Below the pieces are notes generated by a model. It searched no databases. It was not told the DNA's origin and saw only the letters and a program-made list of their open reading frames with translations. DNA of 64,000 nucleotides from Eubacteriales bacterium (GTDB lineage Bacteria > Bacillota > Clostridia > Saccharofermentanales > UBA5734): positions 21,593 to 85,592 of the forward strand of contig JAQUEY010000001.1 of NCBI GenBank assembly GCA_028684955.1, given 5' to 3'. Numbering within the stretch: position 1 is the stretch's first letter; every line of letters starts with the position of its first letter. The position numbers were made by a program, and so were the translations under genes. Shown piece by piece: positions 58,155 to 64,000 of this stretch.

Positions 58155-58994
58155 TCAGATGATGGGGGTCAGGACCGGTTTTTTACTGACAAAATGGGTC
58201 AACTGGCTTACGCCGACTGCTTTGAGAAATTCGAGCGCTTCCGGGAATAGTGTAGCTGCCTGTCCGATCTGGTGGGAGTCCGAACTCAGGCTGATGTATT
58301 GACCGCCCAACTCCAAGTAACGTTTGAAAATGGCAGGGTCTGGCCAGGCTTGATCGCCGGCCAGGCCCTGGCTTTTGAATTTCTGGACTGTCCGCGTGTT
58401 CAACTCCAGAGCCTTGCCGTGGATAATCAAGTGTTCAAATACGGCATCGAACTCTTTGGCAAGCGGCGCGTAATCCATCCGGGTGGTTTGGCCGGGGAAA
58501 TATCGGCTGACATAGTCGTAATGGCCCAGGATGGTGAAATCAGGACAACTAGACATCATGTCGACCATCTGGGTCAAGGCGCGGGAATAGGCAGCATAGG
58601 CTCCCTCATCATAAACAGAACGATCGACAAAGATATCCTTGTCACCGTCCATGTTGTGCAAGGATACAATGACACTGTCAAAGGGCCAGGTTGCGATGAT
58701 CTCGTTGAACAACCGGGTCAGGTGAGGCATCCAGCCCAGTTCAATCCCGATGTAAAGCTGTGGGTCTGCCGGGTCAGCAGCAGACCTGACCTGGTCCAAG
58801 TGCGAGAAATAGTCCGGTAAATCAAAAATGTGTTCGATCCCGGTGTAGTTGACATCCTTGTCGTAATGGTCGGTCAGGCAGATTCCAGCCAGATCATGGG
58901 CTTTGGCATCCTGGATCAATTCATCCACCGACTGCGCGGCATCGGTCGAATAATGGACGGTATGGGAATGGCAATCGACAAGTTTCATCATCAC
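58155..58994 (-). CDS. PHP-domain phosphoesterase, histidinol-phosphatase (HisJ/HisK)-like
   Basis: VDCHSHTVHYSTDA...CLTDH...GIELG... and C-terminal SSDSH match the PHP metal-binding pattern. Confidence 0.6.
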   Translation of the reverse strand: MMMKLVDCHSHTVHYSTDAAQSVDELIQDAKAHDLAGICLTDHYDKDVNYTGIEHIFDLPDYFSHLDQVRSAADPADPQLYIGIELGWMPHLTRLFNEIIATWPFDSVIVSLHNMDGDKDIFVDRSVYDEGAYAAYSRALTQMVDMMSSCPDFTILGHYDYVSRYFPGQTTRMDYAPLAKEFDAVFEHLIIHGKALELNTRTVQKFKSQGLAGDQAWPDPAIFKRYLELGGQYISLSSDSHQIGQAATLFPEALEFLKAVGVSQLTHFVSKKPVLTPII

Positions 58995-59145
58995 ACCTCT
59001 AAGTAACGAGTCTCACAACATCTGGGCAAACAAATCGATTATAATATGAAACAGTTGCCGTGGCGAGTCAAATCAGAGTTCTGATCGTGTAAAAAGCCAG
59101 CGGCAGTAGACAGCCACAAACAAGACAGACTATGGAGGAATGATC

Positions 59146-60624
59146 ATGGCAGCAGCCAAAAAAGACGAGGTCTCAAGCAAAAGCCTCAAAACGAAAAAGA
59201 GCCCCAAGGGCCCCAGTGCCAAGGATCTTAAGAAAGAATTAGCCAAAGACTATAAGAACGCCTGGGATTTCAACCGCGACGACGAGCAAGGTTTCGCCTT
59301 CGCCTTTGCGGATGAATACAAATCTTTCCTCGACCAGGCCAAGACCGAACGAGAATTTGTCACTCTGGCGAGCGAGACCCTGGAGAACATGGGTTTTGTC
59401 CCTTTGAACACCAAGGAGAAACTCACGGCAGGTGACAAGGTCTACAAAAACATCCGGGGCAAAGGCCTGGCCATTGCTGTCATTGGCCGCCAGAGTCCTG
59501 TGGATGGCTTCAACTTGATCGGTGCCCACATCGATGCCCCCCGGATTGATCTCAAAGCCAACCCCGTCTACGAAGATGGTGATCTGGCCTTTTTCAAGAC
59601 CCATTACTATGGAGGGATCAAGAAATACCAGTGGACCGCCATTCCGCTTTCCTTGCATGGCGTGGTCTACCGCAAGGATGGCTCCCTGCTGACCATCAGT
59701 CTCGGTGACCGCCCGGAGGACCCGGTCTTGACCATCACTGACCTGCTGCCTCACCTCGGTGCAGAGCAAATGCAGAAAAAGGCAACCGAAGTCATCCGTG
59801 GTGAGGATCTCAACATCCTCGTCGGAGGCATCCCGTTTGCCGACACAGAAGCCAGCGGACGGTTCAAGCTGGGCCTGCTGCAGGTCCTCAAAGAGCACTA
59901 CGACATCACCGAATCTGACCTGGTCACGGCTGAACTGGAAATAGTCCCCGCTTATCCGGCGCGAGATATCGGTTTTGACCGCAGCATGGTGGGTGCCTAT
60001 GGCCATGACGACCGGGCTTGTTCATTTCCGGCCTTCGTCGCCCTGACCAGTGTCGACCGGCTTGAACGCACAGGGATCACCTTTTTGTTTGACAAGGAAG
60101 AAATCGGCAGCGTCGGCAACACCGGCGCCAAGTCGCGCACCTATGAGCAGTTCATCTATGAAATCTACGCCCGCCAGGTCGAGCAGCCGACCCAGCTCGA
60201 TTTTTATGCGGTGCTCGAGAACAGCCGCATGCTATCCGGTGATGTCACCAATGCCTTCGATCCGACCTTTGCTTCGGTGTCAGACAGCCGCAACAATGCC
60301 TATCTGGGCAAGGGCATCAATTTCATGAAGTTCGGCGGTTCTCGTGGTAAATCCGGATCCTCGGACGCCAGTTCCGAATTCTATTTTGCCGTTACCCGGT
60401 TGATGGATGAACACAAGATTGCCTGGCAGGCTGGGGAACTGGGTAAGGTTGACGCCGGTGGCGGCGGCACCATTGCCGCCTACATGGCCAATCTGGGCAT
60501 TGAAGTCATCGACTGCGGCGTCCCCGTTCTTTCGATGCATTCACCTTTTGAGGTGATCAGCAAGATTGACCTCTACCACACTTTCCTGGCCTACAAGACC
60601 TTTTTCCAGCATATGAAGGCATGA
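59146..60624 (+). CDS. M18-family aminopeptidase
   Basis: FLDQAKTEREFV......GF..L....L..GDKVY...RGK.L.A...G......GF.LIGAHIDAPRIDLK...YGHDDRACSF...VLSMHSP.E. ATG 59146 lies 7 nt after GGAGG (the track start at 59140 is also possible). Confidence 0.65.
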   Translation: MAAAKKDEVSSKSLKTKKSPKGPSAKDLKKELAKDYKNAWDFNRDDEQGFAFAFADEYKSFLDQAKTEREFVTLASETLENMGFVPLNTKEKLTAGDKVYKNIRGKGLAIAVIGRQSPVDGFNLIGAHIDAPRIDLKANPVYEDGDLAFFKTHYYGGIKKYQWTAIPLSLHGVVYRKDGSLLTISLGDRPEDPVLTITDLLPHLGAEQMQKKATEVIRGEDLNILVGGIPFADTEASGRFKLGLLQVLKEHYDITESDLVTAELEIVPAYPARDIGFDRSMVGAYGHDDRACSFPAFVALTSVDRLERTGITFLFDKEEIGSVGNTGAKSRTYEQFIYEIYARQVEQPTQLDFYAVLENSRMLSGDVTNAFDPTFASVSDSRNNAYLGKGINFMKFGGSRGKSGSSDASSEFYFAVTRLMDEHKIAWQAGELGKVDAGGGGTIAAYMANLGIEVIDCGVPVLSMHSPFEVISKIDLYHTFLAYKTFFQHMKA

Positions 60625-61529
60625 GTGCCTGTCGCCTCTGCCCGCGCCAGTGCGACGCGGCACGGACGAGCCAGGAACCGGGACGATGCGGAATCCGCAC
60701 CGGTCCCGGTTTTTTCCGCGTCGCCAAGATCATGGCGCATCACTGGGAAGAGCCCTACATCAGTGGCACGCGCGGTTCGGGGACAGTCTTTTTTTCCGGC
60801 TGCCCGCTGGGGTGCCGGTTTTGCCAGAATCATGCAATCAGCCAGCCGATTCCGGACAAGCCTTTGCCCGGGACTGATTTTTCGGTCCGGGAACTGGCTT
60901 TTGAGCTGGTGCGGCTTGCAGGCGAAGGCGTCCACAACATCAACCTGGTGACGGCCAGCCACTTTGCCCAGGATGTGCCCGCCCTGGTCCGGCAGTTGCG
61001 CTCAGATGGCTTGGATCTCCCTGTCGTCTGGAACACCAGTTCTTACGAGACGGTCCAGGCCCTGCGGGCCCTGTCCGGTTCCGTGGATGTCTACCTGCCG
61101 GACTTCAAATTCTGGGATCGGGACGTCAGTGCAGGGCTGGCCCATGCACCTGATTATGCGCACGTGGCAACCCAGGCCATCCTGGAGATGCAACGCCAGC
61201 AGCCTCAAACGGTGTTCGATCCGGACGGGTTGATGGTTCGTGGCGTAGCCCTGCGTCTGCTGGTTTTGCCGGGGCACCATCGCGATGCCTTTTCGATCAT
61301 CGACTGGATCGCCCGGGAATTGCCACCCGATATTCCGCTGGCCATCATGAACCAGTACACACCGTTTTTGAATTTGCAGGACCAGATGGCTGACTATCCC
61401 GAAATGAAACGCAGGGTCACGACCTATGAATACCAGAAAGTCATTGAACATGCCGAGCAAAAAGGTCTGACTCGCCTGCTGGGCCAGGAACGGGCCGCGG
61501 CCAGCGCGGTCTACACACCGGATTTTTAG
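60621..61529 (+). CDS. radical SAM protein, PflX-like (pyruvate formate-lyase activase homolog family)
   Basis: N-terminal Cys cluster (CRLCPRQC...GRCG), HHWEEP, and FFSGCPLGCRFCQNHAIS (CX3CX2C). The start overlaps the aminopeptidase stop (ATGA). Confidence 0.7.
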   Translation: MSACRLCPRQCDAARTSQEPGRCGIRTGPGFFRVAKIMAHHWEEPYISGTRGSGTVFFSGCPLGCRFCQNHAISQPIPDKPLPGTDFSVRELAFELVRLAGEGVHNINLVTASHFAQDVPALVRQLRSDGLDLPVVWNTSSYETVQALRALSGSVDVYLPDFKFWDRDVSAGLAHAPDYAHVATQAILEMQRQQPQTVFDPDGLMVRGVALRLLVLPGHHRDAFSIIDWIARELPPDIPLAIMNQYTPFLNLQDQMADYPEMKRRVTTYEYQKVIEHAEQKGLTRLLGQERAAASAVYTPDF

Positions 61530-61612
61530 GACCAAAGGAACAACCAGCGCCCGGGGAAAGCAGCCGGATGGCTTAAAAACAGCCACTCAACTGCAAATTT
61601 CATGTGAACGTG

Positions 61613-62647
61613 TCAGCTCTTGCGTCGCCGTCTGCTGAGAGGATTGCTTTCCACGGCCTGGTGCAGGCTGTCCGCATCTACATGGGTGTAGATTTCGGTG
61701 GTCGCGATGCTGGAATGACCGAGGATCTCCTGGAGTGCCCGGATGTCGACTTTGCCGTATTTGTACATCAGTGTGGCAGCTGTGTGGCGTAATTTGTGCG
61801 TCGAATAGCGCTCTGGATCGAGTCCGGAAGCCGCGATGAAATTCTTGACCAGAAGCTGGACCCGTTTGGTGCTGATCCGGCGGTGGTTGCGACTGACAAA
61901 AAGCGCATCTGGATCGCTGTTTTGCTTGTCCGGCCTTACTATCAGGTAATCTTCGAGTGCATCGAGGCAGGCAGCATTGAGATAGATGGTCCGTTCCTTG
62001 CCACCTTTGCCCAGCACGCGCAACGTATCGCCCCGGATATCCGACCGGTCGATGTTGCACAGCTCGGACAAGCGCATGCCACAGTTGAGAAACAAGGTCA
62101 GGATGCAGTAATCCCGGGCAGACCAGGCATGATTCGATTCTGCTGCGGTCTCGAGGAGCTTCTCGCTTTCCTCAAGTGACAAATGGCGGGGCAGGCGGCG
62201 CAACAAACGCGGAGATTCTAGTTCCAAGGCAATGTTTTCGTCGAGGATCCGGGCTTTGTTTTTCAGATAGCCGAAAAAAGTCCGGATCGATGCAACGCGC
62301 CGGGCCCGGATGGCCGGGCCGTTTTTGCGTTCGACCGACAGGAAGGTGATGAAAGCGTACAAGTCCGCCAGACTGATGGAACGGATCAGGTTCTCATCGA
62401 CAGGGGCCAGTGAGGTTTCATCAAAGGACAGGTCAGCGGGGCACAAGCGCCGACGCCGGACCATGAAACGGAAGAAGAGGACCAGGTCATACCGGTACTC
62501 TTTGATTGTCAGGGGAGACCGTTCCTTGATCGACTGGAAATAGCCCAGGAACTGGTCGAGCCAGATAAAACTGTCCTGCGGCTTCGGTACAGGTTGCTTT
62601 TTCGTTTTCCTGGCAGCCTGTTGGTGGGGCAATGCATGACCGGTCAT
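61613..62647 (-). CDS. tyrosine site-specific recombinase (XerC/XerD-type)
   Basis: Catalytic pattern CGMRLSEL (Arg), LGKGGKERT (Lys), HKLRHTAAT (His-x-x-Arg), and LGHSSIATTEIYTHV (His, Tyr), with an N-terminal SAM-like core-binding domain. ATG 62647 follows GGAAGGA; the ORF-track TTG at 62713 is less likely. Confidence 0.85.
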   Translation of the reverse strand: MTGHALPHQQAARKTKKQPVPKPQDSFIWLDQFLGYFQSIKERSPLTIKEYRYDLVLFFRFMVRRRRLCPADLSFDETSLAPVDENLIRSISLADLYAFITFLSVERKNGPAIRARRVASIRTFFGYLKNKARILDENIALELESPRLLRRLPRHLSLEESEKLLETAAESNHAWSARDYCILTLFLNCGMRLSELCNIDRSDIRGDTLRVLGKGGKERTIYLNAACLDALEDYLIVRPDKQNSDPDALFVSRNHRRISTKRVQLLVKNFIAASGLDPERYSTHKLRHTAATLMYKYGKVDIRALQEILGHSSIATTEIYTHVDADSLHQAVESNPLSRRRRKS

Positions 62648-62700
62648 GTTCACAGTCCTTCCAGATGAGGTGAATTCATTGTCCCTTAAAGGCCAGTCGC

Positions 62701-62729
62701 TTGTCAAAGGCAACCTGCTATGTTACAAT
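62701..62729 (+). promoter_or_regulatory. candidate sigma-A promoter for asd
   Basis: TTGTCA (62701-62706), 17-nt spacer, TACAAT (62724-62729). Confidence 0.5.
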
Positions 62730-62788
62730 TCACGCGATAAAGACAAATGTCCGCGATGGATGGACATATGAGCACGAGGAGAAGCATC

Positions 62789-63874
62789 ATGGAGAAAAAA
62801 TTCAAAGTTGGCGTCATCGGCGGCACCGGATATGTCGGCCAGCGCTTTTTGACTTTGCTGGACCAGCATCCCTGGTTCGAAACCGTGGCGATTGCTGCAT
62901 CGCCGCGCTCGGCTGGCAAAACCTACGCCGAGGCCGTCTCTGGCCGCTGGAAGATTGAACGCGACCTGCCCGGATCGATGGCCGGGATCACCGTCCAGAG
63001 CACCGATGACATGGCTGCATTTTGCGAACAGGTTGATTTTGTCTTCTGTGCCGTCGATATGAAAAAAGATGAGATCAGGGCCCTTGAGGAACAGATTGCC
63101 CGTTACGAGACCCCGGTCGTTTCCAATAATTCAGCCCATCGCTGGACATCGGATGTCCCGGTGATCATCCCGGAAATCAATCCGGAGCATGCACAGCTGA
63201 TCGAAGCCCAGCGGCGCCGTCTCGGCACCAGCCGCGGCTTCATCACCGCCAAACCCAATTGCTCGATCCAGAGCTATGTCCCGGCCTTGGCAGCCCTCCA
63301 GGAATTCGGACCCGAGCAGGTCTTCGTCAGCACCTACCAGGCCATTTCCGGCGCTGGCAAGACTTTCCAGGATTGGCCGGAAATGGTCAACAACCTGATC
63401 CCGTACATCGGTGGTGAAGAAGAGAAGAGCGAACAGGAACCTTTGAAAATCTGGGGCACGATGCAGGATGGCCAGATCGTCAAAGCCACAAGCCCGGTCA
63501 TCTCCGCCCAGTGCTACCGCGTGGCTGTCCAGGAAGGCCATACAGCCTCCGTTGCCGTCAAGTTCAAAAGCAAACCCAGCCAGGAGGAGATCCTCTCCCG
63601 TTGGGCCAGTTATGAAGGCATCCCGCAGCAAGCCAAGCTGCCCTCCGCTCCGACCCCTTTCCTGACCTATTTTTCCGAAGACAACCGGCCCCAGCCGATT
63701 CTCGACCGAGAAGTTGGCCATGGCATGGGCATCGCCATTGGCCGCCTGCGCGAGGATCCACTGTTTGACTACAAATTTGCCTGTCTCTCGCACAACACCA
63801 TCCGCGGAGCCGCTGGTGGTGCCGTCCTGACCGCCGAGCTGCTCGTCCATCTGGGCTACATCGGAAATAAATAG
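62789..63874 (+). CDS. asd: aspartate-semialdehyde dehydrogenase
   Basis: KVGVIGGTGYVGQRF..LL..HPWFE...AS.RSAGK.Y...KPNCSIQSY (active-site Cys)...SHNTIRGAAGGA. Confidence 0.9.
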   Translation: MEKKFKVGVIGGTGYVGQRFLTLLDQHPWFETVAIAASPRSAGKTYAEAVSGRWKIERDLPGSMAGITVQSTDDMAAFCEQVDFVFCAVDMKKDEIRALEEQIARYETPVVSNNSAHRWTSDVPVIIPEINPEHAQLIEAQRRRLGTSRGFITAKPNCSIQSYVPALAALQEFGPEQVFVSTYQAISGAGKTFQDWPEMVNNLIPYIGGEEEKSEQEPLKIWGTMQDGQIVKATSPVISAQCYRVAVQEGHTASVAVKFKSKPSQEEILSRWASYEGIPQQAKLPSAPTPFLTYFSEDNRPQPILDREVGHGMGIAIGRLREDPLFDYKFACLSHNTIRGAAGGAVLTAELLVHLGYIGNK

Positions 63875-63943
63875 GACCAGGCATGGACCGGATGACCTAT
63901 TCTGCGCTACAATTGGCATCATGAAGGTATCCGGGAGGACAGC

Positions 63944-64000
63944 ATGATTACCATCAAAGATATTGCGGAGCGTGCCGGTGTTTCTTACGCCACCGTATCC
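63944..64000 (+). CDS. LacI/PurR-family transcriptional regulator, first 19 codons only (runs off the window end)
   Basis: MITIKDIAERAGVSYATVS is the LacI-family HTH N-terminus. ATG lies 5 nt after GGGAGG. Confidence 0.55.
   Translation, partial: MITIKDIAERAGVSYATVS

Overview
GC-rich, Firmicutes/Clostridia-type core chromosome, transcribed almost entirely on the + strand. Gene order is the classic Firmicute pattern: queA-tgt-yajC, dnaG-sigA-trmK-nif3, rpsO-pnp, cinA-murJ-recA-recX-rimO-pgsA, and acpP-rnc-smc-ftsY-ylxM-ffh-rpsP-KH-rimM-trmD-rplS-rbgA-rnhB-yraN. RNA genes are a type-A RNase P RNA, tRNA-Pro(GGG) and tRNA-Trp(CCA). A SCIFF peptide plus type-A RNase P suggests a high-GC clostridial lineage, but that is inference only. 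Many ORF-track starts are too far upstream, so I re-set them to internal starts that have a Shine-Dalgarno (SD) sequence. Items worth a second look: (1) a 48-aa Cys-rich SCIFF-type RiPP precursor, absent from the ORF track, next to its radical-SAM/SPASM maturase (3250-4933). (2) A 763-bp AT-rich hicAB toxin-antitoxin cassette bracketed by 79-bp direct repeats, each made of the 3' half of tRNA-Trp plus its terminator (19414-20334); it looks like an integrase-less att-flanked mini-element. (3) An intact 1005-aa LacZ-like GH2 protein whose catalytic and metal-binding residues appear substituted (15052-18069). (4) A 17-bp tandem repeat array abutting the -35 of the rpsO promoter. (5) A gntR / cysteine desulfurase / thiI / HypE-PurM-like operon. 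(6) An M18 aminopeptidase translationally coupled to a PflX-like radical SAM protein. I found no CRISPR array, rRNA, transposase or prophage. All homology calls come from reading the translations by eye; no database search was run.
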